Notes under the pieces: model-generated
Databases searched by the model: none
The model's input: only the letters and a program-made list of their open reading frames with translations
Told to the model about the DNA's origin: nothing
In this document: piece by piece, positions 1-10,708 of the stretch
Position numbering within the stretch: the first letter of the stretch is position 1
Layout of the letters: each line of letters opens with the position of its first letter
Position numbers and translations under genes: made by a program
Assembly (NCBI GenBank): GCA_963666425.2
Contig: OY762825.2
Coordinates: 2,496,001 to 2,560,000, forward strand
DNA length: 64,000 nt
Source of the DNA: Bacillota bacterium
Lineage (GTDB): Bacteria > Bacillota > JAAYKD01
Reading direction: 5' to 3'

Positions 1-3000
1 GCCAGCAAGAGTGCGCCGACCGCAGTGGTGTCGGTGGAAGAAATGGCGCCAATGGCGCTCAATGTCAGTATCTTAGGAACCTCTATGGTTGGCGAAACGC
101 TAACCGTAGATTATACTTATCTGGATCTCAATGGCGATCCGGAAGGCGACAGCCAGATTCAATGGTATGCCAGTGACCTCAGTGATGGCTCTGAAATGCT
201 GATGCTGGCAGAAAATCCGAATCGTACGGCAATTAGCGGCGCTACCGCAAGAACCTTAGTTATCACAGCAGCACTGCAGCAAAAACAGATCGATGTGGAA
301 GTCACTCCGGTGGCGACCAGGGGTAAAAAAATCGGAAATCCTGCCCGCAGCGCTAAAACAAACGCGGTAACAACGGATATCAGCCTGCTTACCATTAATG
401 GGGTGACTGCTCCGGTGAAAGGAGCCGTTCCGGTGGTGAGTCTAGCCGAAACAACGGAATATACACTTTCCCTGGTCTGGTCTCCTGCAGTATCTACTTT
501 TACCGCCAATACAGTTTATACGGCGACCATTCAGGTTACGCCGAAAGCAGGCTATAGTCTGGCGAAAGTCAAGCATAACAGCTTTACGGTGACGGGAGCG
601 GTTGCTGCCAACGCAGCTCATAGCGGCAGCGTAACGGCAGTCTTTCCGGCTACTGCAAAAGAAACGCTGATCAGCGTTTCAATCAGCGGCAACCCGGTCA
701 TCGGTGAAACTCTGACAATGGATCAATTGCTACCCGCTAACGCTGCGGTGACCTATCAATGGCAAAGAAGTACGGCCTTTGACGGTAGTTACAGTGATAT
801 TGCCGGGGCGAATACAAATCAATATGTGCTGACGGCAGAGGATGATTTGCAATATCTGCGTCTGTCGGTCAGTGGTTCAGGAAATTTCACCGGTACGCTG
901 AGCAGTGTCCCTATCGGACCGGTCAGTGCGCAAGGTAGAGTTCTCAACGGTATCACGGCAATCGGGGGTTTGCCTCAGGTAGCCAGCCTTCTGACTGCGG
1001 GGGTTCTGACGCCAGCCGGTGCCAGCGCAACTTATCAGTGGCAAAGATGCGCCACGATAGACGGCGAATATCTTGCGATCAGCGGAGCGACCGGCAGCAG
1101 TTATCTGCTGACAGCCGACGATTATCAAGCTTATCTGAAGGTAGTCGCGACAGGCTCCGCCGGTTTCTCCGGCGTGATTACCAGCGCGGCTACGGCGCAA
1201 GTGCAGAAAGGGCCGTTGACCGCCATCTCCGATGTAATTGGTACCACCGTAATCGGACAAATCCTAACAGCCGGAACGGTCACACCGCTCGGTGCTACGG
1301 TGACCTACCAGTGGCAGAGATGCGGTACCACCGGAGCCTATGTTGATATTGCAGGTGCTACGGCAAGTAGCTATCAGATCACCGGTTCAGACAGTCAGTT
1401 CTTCCTAAGAGTGATTGCGACCGGCACGGGTGTTTATACCGGCAGCGTGACGAGTGACTCCACCGTACATAAGGTTACGGAAAGCAGTATTGCGATAAGC
1501 AGCATCGCAGCCACCGGCGGCAGCATCCAGGTCGGCCGCACGCTGACTGTAGGTGAATTGACTCCCTACGAAGCAACAGTAACTTACCAATGGGTTCGTT
1601 CTGCGGCAGCCGACGGGACGTATGAACCGATTGCCGGCGCGACCAACGCGGCTTACACGCTGACAGCGGCTGACTGCAATCAGTATCTCCGGGTTGTGGT
1701 GCTAGGTTCCGGTTTGTATACCGGCAGCTTGACCAGCATCGCGGTCGGTCCGGTCTCTACCGGGGTTGTCTCGGCAATCGCCGCGATCAATGGTACGACC
1801 ACAATCGGCCAAACCTTAAGCGCAGGCGCTCTGACACCGCTTGAAGCCACCGTAACCTATCAATGGCAGAAATGCAGAACAGCCGGCGGCAGCTACACTG
1901 AAATTAGTGGAGCTACTTCGGCGACCTATACAATTACGGCAGCTGATTTCAACTACTATCTCCGCGTGGTTGCTACCGGTTACGGCAGCTATACCGCTTC
2001 CGCCACCAGTGCACCGACTGCCAGTAAAGTAGGCAGTGCTAATACGCCGATTAGCAAAATCGGTGTGATTGTTGGTCAGATGCGAGTCGGCAATACGATC
2101 AGTGCGGGAACTTTAACACCTACCGTTGCCACTGCGACTTATCAATGGCTGCGCTGTTCGACAGAAGACGGCAGCTACGAACCGATTGCAGGGGCGACCG
2201 GCTCGACTTATTGCTTAACCGCGTTGGATTACAATTATTATTTGAAAGTCACTGCTGTCGGCTCCGGCAGTTATAGCGGCAGTGTGACGAGTTTGGCATC
2301 CGCTCTGACGGCAGCCTGCCCAATCAGCTCCATTTCGGACATTATCGGAACCACAACCGCGGGAGAAACATTAACCGCAGGAACGGTTACCCCGCTCGGT
2401 GCCACGGTCACTTATCAATGGCAGACTTCGGATGCAACCGATGAGACCAAGTTTATTGATATTGCCGGTGCGACTGCGCAGGATTTCATTGTGATTGCGG
2501 AATACAATTATCGCTACCTCAAAGTGGTGGTGACCGGCAGCGGCGCTTATACCGGAACGATCGCCAGCGCTCAAACAACCAGCAGAGTGGTTGGAACCGT
2601 GCTTGCTACTCTCAGCGGTATGGATCCGATCATCGGCACGGCCAAAATCGGTAATACGCTCACTGCGGGGAATCTGATTCCGGCCGGCACGGATGCAACC
2701 TATCAATGGCAAAAGTGCACGATTGCCGACGGCACCTACGAGAATATTCCGGGTGCGGCAGACAATTCTTATGTATTGACAGCAACCGATTATCAATACT
2801 ATTTGCGGGTCGTCGCTACTGCCTCCGGCAGTTATATTGGCAAAGCCACCAGTGCAGTCGTGGGACCGGTCGAGGCTGGAACGATAACAGCGGTGGGACC
2901 GATCAGCGGCATGGCAGCAATCGGGCAGACTGTGAGCGTGGGATCCATCGAACCAAGCGGTGCGACGGTGACTTATCAATGGCAAATAAGTCCGACGGCG

Positions 3001-6000
3001 GACGGTGTCTATACCGACTTAACGGGTGAGACTTTTGCTCATTATACAATCAGCGAAGCTGATTACAACAGTTATCTGAAAGTGACGGTCACCGGCAGCG
3101 GCAGTTATAGCGGCAGTATCAGCAGCGCGGCCAGCAGTAAAATCAGCAATGCAACGTTTGCGCTGACCGCTCTGGAAGCGATGCATGGTACGGCTGCAGT
3201 AGCGCAGCAACTGACGGCCGGGGCAGTGTCTCCTGCCGGGGCAACGGTGACCTATCAATGGCAGAAATGCCTGACTGCGGATGGCCAATACGAAGACATT
3301 GCTGGTGCCACTAAGAGCAGCTATCTGATAACCGCCAATGAATACGGTTATTATATCCGTCTGACCGTCAGTGGCTCGGGTAATTATGGCGGCAGTTTAA
3401 GCAGCGCGGCCACGGGATTGGTGCAAAAAGCGACCATCACGGCAATTTCGGATCTGATCGGCAGCACAAAAATCGGCTTAACCCTGACCGCCGGCGAATT
3501 GACGCCCAGCGGAGCAACCGCCGATTATCAATGGCAGCGCTCCGATACCGGCGGCGGTCTGACTTACAGCAATATCCCCGGCGCCACGGCAGAAAATTAT
3601 ACCATAACCGGTGAAGACAGCTATTGCTACATTCGCGTCGTTGCCACTGGCAACGGCGCTTACAGCGGAACCATCACGAGTGAATCCACCGTCAGCAGAG
3701 TGAGCGCCGACGAGCTGACACCGCTGCAGAGTATTGCAGCCATCAGCGGCAGTACTGTGGTAGGACAAACGCTGACAGCCGGCGTGCTGACACCGGTCGG
3801 AACGGCAACCTATCAATGGCAGCGCTGCGCTACAGTCGACGGCAGTTTTGAAAATATCAGCGGAGCCAGCAAAGCGACTTACATCCTGACAGCGGCTGAT
3901 CTGCATTACTTCCTCAAAGTGACGGCAACCGGTTCAGGAGTTTATTCCGGCACGGTGATCAGTTCTGTCACCGCCGAGGTTGCTGCCTGTCCGATCACCG
4001 GCATCGGTGCGACAGCCGGTTCACTGGCTGTCGGCCAGGTTCTGACTGCCGGCACCGCGCTGCCGGCCACCGCTAACCTGACTTATCAGTGGCAGAAAAG
4101 CGCGACGGTGGGGGGGACCTATCTCAATATCGACGGAGCTCAGCAAAACGCTTATGTTCTGCAAGCGGAGGATGCCGGTTACTATTTGAAGGTAGTGATC
4201 ACCGGTGTCAATGGCTACACGGGGACCATCACCAGTGCCTATTGCGGTCCTGTGGGTCTGACTCTTACGCCGATTACCGCCATTGCAGCCATCAACGGAA
4301 CTGCACAGGTCGGCAGTGTGCTGACCGCGGGAAGTCTGACGCCGAGCAATGCCACGGTTACTTATCAGTGGCAGAGAGCAGCCGAAGCGAACGGCACTTA
4401 TGACGATATCCCGGGAGCAACCGCCAGAAATTATACCTTGCAGGTTGAGGATTATACAAAATATATCCGGGCCAGAGCAACCGGATCCGGCAATTATGCG
4501 GAAACGGTCATCAGTGCTGCCACAGAGCAAGTAACCGCTTGCCCGCTGACAGCGATCTCGGATCTGATCGGTACAACCAGACAATACCAAACGCTGACAG
4601 CCGGCAGTGTGAGCCCGCTTGGCGCGACGGTTACCTACGAATGGCAGGTAACCAAAACACCGGGAAGCGGAACGCCTACGGTGATCAGCGGCGCTACCGC
4701 CAATACGTATTACATCGCATATTTAACCTATAGCCAATATTATATCCGCGTTGTCGCGACTGGGACGGGAGCCTATACGGGTAGTGTCGCCAGCGCTTAT
4801 TCCGTCAGTATCATCACGAGCGGAACCGCCACAGCGTTGTCTTCCATCGCTGCTACAAGCGGTGCAACGCAGGTCGGCAGTCTGTTGACCGCTGGGGTTT
4901 TGGGGCCAAATGGCGCAACTGCAACCTATCAATGGCAGAAGTGTGAGACCGAGAATGGTGTTTATGCCAACATCCCCGGAGCAACCGGCAAGACCTATCG
5001 GCTCACAGCAGCGGATTACAATTATTATCTTAAGGTAATCGCTACCGGTTCCGGTAGTTACAGCGGGACCCTGTCCGGTGACACAGTCGGGCCGATCAGC
5101 TTGGCCCCTGTTACAGCAATCGGTCCGATCAGCGGCAGCAGCATCAAGGGTGAAACCTTAACAGCCGGCAGCATTACGCCGCTTGCTGCCACCGTGAATT
5201 ACCAATGGCAGAGCAGTAATGCATCAAACGGCAGTTATACGGATATTGCCGGCGAAACACAAGCCAGCTATACCATGCAGGAGTCCGATCTGAATCGCTA
5301 TATCAGAGTCATGGTGACCGGCACCGGCAGTTATTTTGGCAGCGTGAGCAGCGTTGCGACCGGTCCGGTCGTAAATACCGCAATTCCCATCACGGCGATC
5401 GGACCGATCAGCGGAACGGTGCAAGTCGGGCAAAACCTGACAGCGGGAAGCGTCAGTCCGGCAGGCGCCAACGTTACCTATCAATGGCAGCGAGCGAACG
5501 CTGCCGGCGGCAGCTACAGTGATATTGCCGGCGCGACAGCAGCGAGTTACACGCTGACGGCGGACGATTACACCAAATTCCTGGTTGTGAGAGTAAGCGG
5601 CGCGGGCGTTTATAACGGGACGCAAATCAGCGCGGAAACAGCCGCAGTAGCGAGCTGTCCGATCACAGCGATCTCGCCAATTATCGGTTCCACCACAGCA
5701 GGGCAAACCTTAACTGCCGGAACGATTATGCCGCTAGGCGCAACCGTCACCTATCAATGGCAGGCTTGTCAGACTCCGGGCAGCGGTGCAGTTACCACGA
5801 TTGATGGGGCTGTCGCCAATAGCTATGTCGTGAGTCTGCAATACAGTTGGTCTTTCCTCAGAGTGGCGGTAACCGGCAGCGGAGCTTACAGCGGTACGAT
5901 AGAAAGTGCCTATACGACAGGCAGAGTAACCTCTGCGGCAGCCACGGCCATTTCAGCGATGGCTGCGATTCAGGGCAACGCTCAGGTTGGCACGCAGCTG

Positions 6001-7680
6001 ACTGCGGGCAATCTGACTCCGGCCGCGGCGACGGCGACGTATCAATGGCAAAGAGGCACCGCTTCAACCGGTAATTTCGAAGATATCTTGGGGGTGACAA
6101 CAAAGAATTATACGCCGACAGAGGCAGATGATTCCGCTTATCTCAGGGTGATTGCCACCGGTTCCGGCGCTTACAGCGGCGTGAAAACAAGCGCGGCGGT
6201 CGGACTGGTATTGGCGGCAGAAGCGGCTCCCTCGGTGAGTGGTGTCGGTATCAGTGGCACCGCTCAGGTTGGGCAAACGCTGAGCGGCCATTATAGCTAT
6301 TACGATGCGAACGGTGATCTCGAAGGGGTTTCCAGCTTCCGCTGGTTCGCCGACAGTACAGAGATCTCCGGCGCAACAGGCTTGACTTATGTCTTAACGG
6401 CAAGTGAGTTGGGTAAAACGATCCGATTTGAAGTTACACCGGTTGCCGCAAGCGGCATCAGCCACGGCACAGCCGTGCAAAGCAGTGCAACAGCACAGGT
6501 TGTGGCAGCCGAAGCGGCACCCAACGCCAGCCTGGTTAGTGTCAGCGGACTCTTACAAGTAGGAAAAACACTGACCGGACACTATAGCTATTCCGATGTG
6601 AACAGTGATCCGGAAGGCGTTTCCAGCTTTCGTTGGTTCGCCGACGGGACGGAGATCACCGGCGCGACAAGCTTGACTTTTGTTTTGACGGCAGGTGAAT
6701 TGGGTAAAGCGATCCGATTTGAAGTCACACCGGTGGCGACAAGCGGCACACTCAATGGCAGCGCCGTTCTGAGCGAGGCGACTGCGGCTGTGGCGGAAAC
6801 CGCAGCGGAAGCGGCTCCGACTGCCGACGCAGTCAGCATCAGCGGTACGGCGCAAGTAGGGCAAACGCTGACCGGTAATTATACCTACAGTGATGTGAAC
6901 GGTGATTCGGAAGGAATTACCACTTTCCGCTGGTTTGCCGGCGAAACGGTGATAATTGGTGCAACAGAGAGAACACTGCTCTTAACCGCAAATGAACTCG
7001 CTGCCGCAATTCGCTTTGAAGTGACACCGATGGCAGCAACGGGCACGAGCAGTGGTTTGGCGGCAATCAGCACCGTAACAGCCGCCGTGCTGCCGGCCGA
7101 AGCAGCGCCGCAAGCTATCAATGTGACAATCAGCGGCATGGCGCAATTCGGTCAAACGCTGACAGGCAATTATAGCTACAGTGATGTGAATGGTGATCCA
7201 GAAGGTGTTTCTAGCTTCCGTTGGTACGCCGATGGGGTTTTGATCACCGGTGCCGATGCAAAAACGTATTTGGTAACGGCGGCTGTACTCGGCGCTGTCT
7301 TGAAATTTGAAGTGACACCGATGGCCGCCACAGGGATCACCGGCGGCAGCGCCGTAGAAAGCGCTGTTACGGCGGCTGTCACAGAAAAACCGATTGACCT
7401 GACTGCCATCTCCGGTGTTACGCCACCGGTGAAAAATGCCACACCGGATACGACTGTAGAGGCTGCCAGTCAATATACAGCCACCATCGTCTGGAATCCA
7501 TCACCCGGAGATAAATTTAAAAATAACATTGTCTATACGGCTGTGATAACCCTGACACCGGCGGAAGGTTACACAACCATCGGCATTCCTGCCAACTATT
7601 TCACCATCGCCGGTGCAGTCACGGTGACGAATTCTGCCGATTCGGGAACAGTCAGTGCAATTTTCCCGAAAACGGGTTAG
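1..7680 (+). CDS. Giant Ig-like repeat surface/secreted protein (5' end outside window; >2550 aa)
   Basis: Frame is open from position 1 to TAG at 7678-7680. It has 20 ~92-aa repeats of type 'TYQWQR..G.Y.DI.GAT...Y.LT..D...YLRV.ATGSG.Y.G', 5 AIR9/A9-like repeats of type 'YSYSD.NGD.EG.S.FRW...IRFEVTP', and 2 'GVT.PVK.A.P...VW.P...FP.T' domains. Thr/Ala/Gly/Ser-rich. Confidence 0.85.
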   Translation, partial: ASKSAPTAVVSVEEMAPMALNVSILGTSMVGETLTVDYTYLDLNGDPEGDSQIQWYASDLSDGSEMLMLAENPNRTAISGATARTLVITAALQQKQIDVEVTPVATRGKKIGNPARSAKTNAVTTDISLLTINGVTAPVKGAVPVVSLAETTEYTLSLVWSPAVSTFTANTVYTATIQVTPKAGYSLAKVKHNSFTVTGAVAANAAHSGSVTAVFPATAKETLISVSISGNPVIGETLTMDQLLPANAAVTYQWQRSTAFDGSYSDIAGANTNQYVLTAEDDLQYLRLSVSGSGNFTGTLSSVPIGPVSAQGRVLNGITAIGGLPQVASLLTAGVLTPAGASATYQWQRCATIDGEYLAISGATGSSYLLTADDYQAYLKVVATGSAGFSGVITSAATAQVQKGPLTAISDVIGTTVIGQILTAGTVTPLGATVTYQWQRCGTTGAYVDIAGATASSYQITGSDSQFFLRVIATGTGVYTGSVTSDSTVHKVTESSIAISSIAATGGSIQVGRTLTVGELTPYEATVTYQWVRSAAADGTYEPIAGATNAAYTLTAADCNQYLRVVVLGSGLYTGSLTSIAVGPVSTGVVSAIAAINGTTTIGQTLSAGALTPLEATVTYQWQKCRTAGGSYTEISGATSATYTITAADFNYYLRVVATGYGSYTASATSAPTASKVGSANTPISKIGVIVGQMRVGNTISAGTLTPTVATATYQWLRCSTEDGSYEPIAGATGSTYCLTALDYNYYLKVTAVGSGSYSGSVTSLASALTAACPISSISDIIGTTTAGETLTAGTVTPLGATVTYQWQTSDATDETKFIDIAGATAQDFIVIAEYNYRYLKVVVTGSGAYTGTIASAQTTSRVVGTVLATLSGMDPIIGTAKIGNTLTAGNLIPAGTDATYQWQKCTIADGTYENIPGAADNSYVLTATDYQYYLRVVATASGSYIGKATSAVVGPVEAGTITAVGPISGMAAIGQTVSVGSIEPSGATVTYQWQISPTADGVYTDLTGETFAHYTISEADYNSYLKVTVTGSGSYSGSISSAASSKISNATFALTALEAMHGTAAVAQQLTAGAVSPAGATVTYQWQKCLTADGQYEDIAGATKSSYLITANEYGYYIRLTVSGSGNYGGSLSSAATGLVQKATITAISDLIGSTKIGLTLTAGELTPSGATADYQWQRSDTGGGLTYSNIPGATAENYTITGEDSYCYIRVVATGNGAYSGTITSESTVSRVSADELTPLQSIAAISGSTVVGQTLTAGVLTPVGTATYQWQRCATVDGSFENISGASKATYILTAADLHYFLKVTATGSGVYSGTVISSVTAEVAACPITGIGATAGSLAVGQVLTAGTALPATANLTYQWQKSATVGGTYLNIDGAQQNAYVLQAEDAGYYLKVVITGVNGYTGTITSAYCGPVGLTLTPITAIAAINGTAQVGSVLTAGSLTPSNATVTYQWQRAAEANGTYDDIPGATARNYTLQVEDYTKYIRARATGSGNYAETVISAATEQVTACPLTAISDLIGTTRQYQTLTAGSVSPLGATVTYEWQVTKTPGSGTPTVISGATANTYYIAYLTYSQYYIRVVATGTGAYTGSVASAYSVSIITSGTATALSSIAATSGATQVGSLLTAGVLGPNGATATYQWQKCETENGVYANIPGATGKTYRLTAADYNYYLKVIATGSGSYSGTLSGDTVGPISLAPVTAIGPISGSSIKGETLTAGSITPLAATVNYQWQSSNASNGSYTDIAGETQASYTMQESDLNRYIRVMVTGTGSYFGSVSSVATGPVVNTAIPITAIGPISGTVQVGQNLTAGSVSPAGANVTYQWQRANAAGGSYSDIAGATAASYTLTADDYTKFLVVRVSGAGVYNGTQISAETAAVASCPITAISPIIGSTTAGQTLTAGTIMPLGATVTYQWQACQTPGSGAVTTIDGAVANSYVVSLQYSWSFLRVAVTGSGAYSGTIESAYTTGRVTSAAATAISAMAAIQGNAQVGTQLTAGNLTPAAATATYQWQRGTASTGNFEDILGVTTKNYTPTEADDSAYLRVIATGSGAYSGVKTSAAVGLVLAAEAAPSVSGVGISGTAQVGQTLSGHYSYYDANGDLEGVSSFRWFADSTEISGATGLTYVLTASELGKTIRFEVTPVAASGISHGTAVQSSATAQVVAAEAAPNASLVSVSGLLQVGKTLTGHYSYSDVNSDPEGVSSFRWFADGTEITGATSLTFVLTAGELGKAIRFEVTPVATSGTLNGSAVLSEATAAVAETAAEAAPTADAVSISGTAQVGQTLTGNYTYSDVNGDSEGITTFRWFAGETVIIGATERTLLLTANELAAAIRFEVTPMAATGTSSGLAAISTVTAAVLPAEAAPQAINVTISGMAQFGQTLTGNYSYSDVNGDPEGVSSFRWYADGVLITGADAKTYLVTAAVLGAVLKFEVTPMAATGITGGSAVESAVTAAVTEKPIDLTAISGVTPPVKNATPDTTVEAASQYTATIVWNPSPGDKFKNNIVYTAVITLTPAEGYTTIGIPANYFTIAGAVTVTNSADSGTVSAIFPKTG

Positions 7681-7757
7681 CGATTCGTACGCAAAAAAAC
7701 AAAACATCGCAAATTGAGATAACACCGTAAATAATCTTTAAATATCGGCAAAAGCTA

Positions 7758-7786
7758 TTGACTGAGTGACTTTCCCGGCATATAAT
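7758..7786 (+). promoter_or_regulatory. Sigma-A promoter for sipW-like gene
   Basis: TTGACT (7758-63), 17-bp spacer, TATAAT (7781-86). Confidence 0.75.
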
Positions 7787-7952
7787 CACATTATCGATTG
7801 ATAAAGGAAACGATAACCAGTTCATTTACAGATGGATCTGGAATCAGGCTGCAAATCAGGTAAGAATCGATTGCGCTGGATTTAGCCAACGCTGATCCAG
7901 CGTAAGCGATTCGCGTATGCTAATCCGAGAAAAATTGAGTGGGGGTTTTTAA

Positions 7953-8600
7953 ATGAACACGATTGATCACACCAAAAAAACACGGGATAAAACTGTGATG
8001 GTGATTGGCATCCTGCTTTGCATCCTATTATTGCCGCTACTGATCATCAATGTAACGCTGATTGTGAAATCCTTTGTCTATCCCAATGAAGTACCAAGCT
8101 TCCTTGGCTATAAGCCGTTCATTGTCTTATCCGGCTCAATGGAACCGGAGTTTTATTCAGGAGATCTTGTCTTGGTGAAAGAAGTGGCGACAAATACCCT
8201 TCAGGTTGGGGACGTAATTTCTTACCGCGAGGGGAATTCAGTCATTACTCATAGAATCGTCGAGATCACCGAGAGCGCTGCCGGACGTAAATTTACGACC
8301 AAAGGGGATAACAACAACGTAAATGACAGAAATCAGGTATTGGAGAGTATGGTGGAAGGGCAGTATTTGCTGCATGTCTCCAAATTAGGTAATTTTGCGA
8401 TTTTTATGCAGACACCGATTGGTATGGTCATTTTTATCGCTTGCCCGTTGGCCTTGTTTATTTTGTATGATGTTTTGCGCCGTATTTTCTTTGACCGTAA
8501 GAAGAACCAGAAAACACAGGAATTGGAAGCCGAGCTGGAAAAAATGCGTCAGCAATTGGCGGAAAAGCAGGATAATAAGAACGAGCAGCCAAAAGAATAA
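7953..8600 (+). CDS. sipW: Signal peptidase I, SipW/ER-type (S26B)
   Basis: N-terminal TM; VLSGSMEP (catalytic Ser), GDL, ITHR (His) and TKGDNN motifs; C-terminal TM plus coiled coil. Confidence 0.9.
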   Translation: MNTIDHTKKTRDKTVMVIGILLCILLLPLLIINVTLIVKSFVYPNEVPSFLGYKPFIVLSGSMEPEFYSGDLVLVKEVATNTLQVGDVISYREGNSVITHRIVEITESAAGRKFTTKGDNNNVNDRNQVLESMVEGQYLLHVSKLGNFAIFMQTPIGMVIFIACPLALFILYDVLRRIFFDRKKNQKTQELEAELEKMRQQLAEKQDNKNEQPKE

Positions 8601-8656
8601 AAAAGACATCCTAACTGTTGACAGTTTAACTGCAAACAGTTGGGATGTTTTTTTTG
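8599..8656. terminator. Bidirectional intrinsic terminator
   Basis: aaaagacatcctaactgtt...aacagttgggatgtttttttt hairpin between convergent genes. Confidence 0.75.
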
Positions 8657-8683
8657 GCAGTAGATTGACAAGGAAAATCATTC

Positions 8684-10708
8684 TTACATCGGAGCTGGAT
8701 TTTCTGACATCATTGCAATGAAAACAGCGGTGATGCGCGGATCAATTACCTTGCCCGCCATTTCACTCATTTTCAGCAGTGCTGCTTCTTTCGATAAAGG
8801 TTTGCTGCGATAGATATTTGTCATAGCATCATAGGCTTCAGCGACTGCAATGATACGGGACATTTCCGGGATTTCCAGACCATGCAAGCCCTTTGGATAA
8901 CCCGAACCGTCCCAATTTTCATGATGGCTGTAAACCGATTCCGCTAGATCCAGGGTTTCATCAAATAGATTGAGGATACGGTAACCCATGATCGGGTGTT
9001 TTTGCCGCTCTGCTCGCTTTTCCTCTGTCATCGTATCGGTCTGCAGGATTTCATCCTTTAAAACAATTTTACCGATATCATGCAGGAAACCGGCTTGTCC
9101 CAGCTTTTTAATTCTGGTTTCAGGCAGTTGCAATGCCACCCCAATTTGGATGCAAAGCCTGCTGGTGTTGAGGGAATGCTGACGTTCTCTGGGGTATTTA
9201 TCATGCAGGGTTGTGATGACCGTGTTCAGTATTTCCGAGTCGATTTGTTTGCGGTTGCTGGTTTTATTCTGATACATATTGCTTTCCGCATTGAGAATCG
9301 TCCGCTCAATATCTTGGGTACGGTCTGTTTTCGTATCGAAACCCATTGACATGCTGCAGGGAATAGCGGAGACTTTTTCTTTGAAAAGTTCGGTTGTGAT
9401 TTTGCCTGAGATTTTTTCTGCGGTGGCGGCATCTGTTTTTGCTAGGAGAAGAATAAATTCATCTCCACCTGCCCGCGCAATGATGGCCGTATCTCCACAG
9501 ATTTTACGCAGGATCTCTGCTGATTTTTGGATCAATTCATCGCCGAGGTTATGACCAAAGATATCGTTGATTAATTTTAAACCGTTGATGTCGCCGAAGA
9601 ACAGGGAGATCGGTAGATTCTCATCGGTGTCCATTTTGGCGACCTGATCATAGAAACGAGCTTTGTTCAGCAGACCGGTCAGAGAATCATGATAACTGAG
9701 GAATCTGATCTTGTCTTCGTCTTTCTTGCGCTCGGAAATATCCATAAAGGTGATCACAGCACCGACGATTTTTCCATCTTTATATTGAGGATAGGAATGA
9801 TACTCCACATCGAAAGAACTGGCATCGGCTCTCCAGAAAACTTCATCCTTCACATGCAAAGCACTGGCTTCCTGCAGGGATTTTAAAATGCGGCATTCTT
9901 CTTGAGGATATGCTTTGCCGTCTTTCAAGCTGTGCAGAATTTGGCTGTGCATATTTTTACCCAGTAAGTCTTCTTGTCTGTGATAACCTAAAGTAGCAAG
10001 GCAGCTATGATTACAGAAAGTACAATTGCCCTGCAAATCAATGCCATAAATCGCTTCGGCGGTGGAATCCAAAATCAGACGCAATTGCTCTTTGCTGTCT
10101 TGCAGCGCTTCGTTGGTGAGTTCCAATTCGCGATTCTTTTCATTCAAAAAGGCGGATACTTCATTCCTGCTTTGTTCGAAATAGTCGATGATTAGGATTA
10201 AAACCAGAGTGGCGAAGAAGAGATTCCCGAGGGTGATCCAGTTGATGCCGGCGGGCTGCCATATTTCATACCGACTGAGAAGATAAATCAAGAGACCTGA
10301 ACCATACACCAGAGTCAAAAGTCGGCCAATCTTTAGCCCCAGCTGGAAATAGAGATAGGGAGGGAAACAACAAATCCAATAAAAGGCATAATCGGTATTC
10401 CCCTTTAAAACAAGATAAAGGCTCAAAGAAGCCAAGAGAATAAAAGCAGTGAGATGGCTTGCTTGGATAAATTGATTCGTCTTGTGGAAATAATAGAGTA
10501 AGCAGGTGGCGCAGAGGATGACAAGCAAGTTGACTGCTGCCGAGGCGGAGCATTGGAAAAAAAACAGATTGCTGACAGCACAAAAGGCAGAGATGGGAAT
10601 CAGAGCAAGCAGGATCACATTGAGCAGGATTACGCTGCGGTATTGCGGATGACTGGTGGTAAAATGATGATGATTGGTTAAAAACCCCTCATCTAGAGTG
10701 AAACGCAT
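8684..10708 (-). CDS. Membrane PAS-GGDEF-HD-GYP c-di-GMP turnover protein
   Basis: Multiple N-terminal TMs, coiled coil, PAS/PAC, ARAGGDEF, LHDIGK and HHENWDGSGYP. Confidence 0.92.
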   Translation of the reverse strand: MRFTLDEGFLTNHHHFTTSHPQYRSVILLNVILLALIPISAFCAVSNLFFFQCSASAAVNLLVILCATCLLYYFHKTNQFIQASHLTAFILLASLSLYLVLKGNTDYAFYWICCFPPYLYFQLGLKIGRLLTLVYGSGLLIYLLSRYEIWQPAGINWITLGNLFFATLVLILIIDYFEQSRNEVSAFLNEKNRELELTNEALQDSKEQLRLILDSTAEAIYGIDLQGNCTFCNHSCLATLGYHRQEDLLGKNMHSQILHSLKDGKAYPQEECRILKSLQEASALHVKDEVFWRADASSFDVEYHSYPQYKDGKIVGAVITFMDISERKKDEDKIRFLSYHDSLTGLLNKARFYDQVAKMDTDENLPISLFFGDINGLKLINDIFGHNLGDELIQKSAEILRKICGDTAIIARAGGDEFILLLAKTDAATAEKISGKITTELFKEKVSAIPCSMSMGFDTKTDRTQDIERTILNAESNMYQNKTSNRKQIDSEILNTVITTLHDKYPRERQHSLNTSRLCIQIGVALQLPETRIKKLGQAGFLHDIGKIVLKDEILQTDTMTEEKRAERQKHPIMGYRILNLFDETLDLAESVYSHHENWDGSGYPKGLHGLEIPEMSRIIAVAEAYDAMTNIYRSKPLSKEAALLKMSEMAGKVIDPRITAVFIAMMSENPAPM

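Noticed and set aside
7663..7680. C-terminal FPKTG as an LPXTG sortase signal
   Set aside because: No hydrophobic segment or basic tail follows; the same position in the N-terminal copy of the domain reads FPATA
159..7725. Many antisense and alternate-frame ORFs inside the giant gene (and similarly inside other genes)
   Set aside because: Shadow ORFs overlapping well-supported CDSs, with no recognisable motifs
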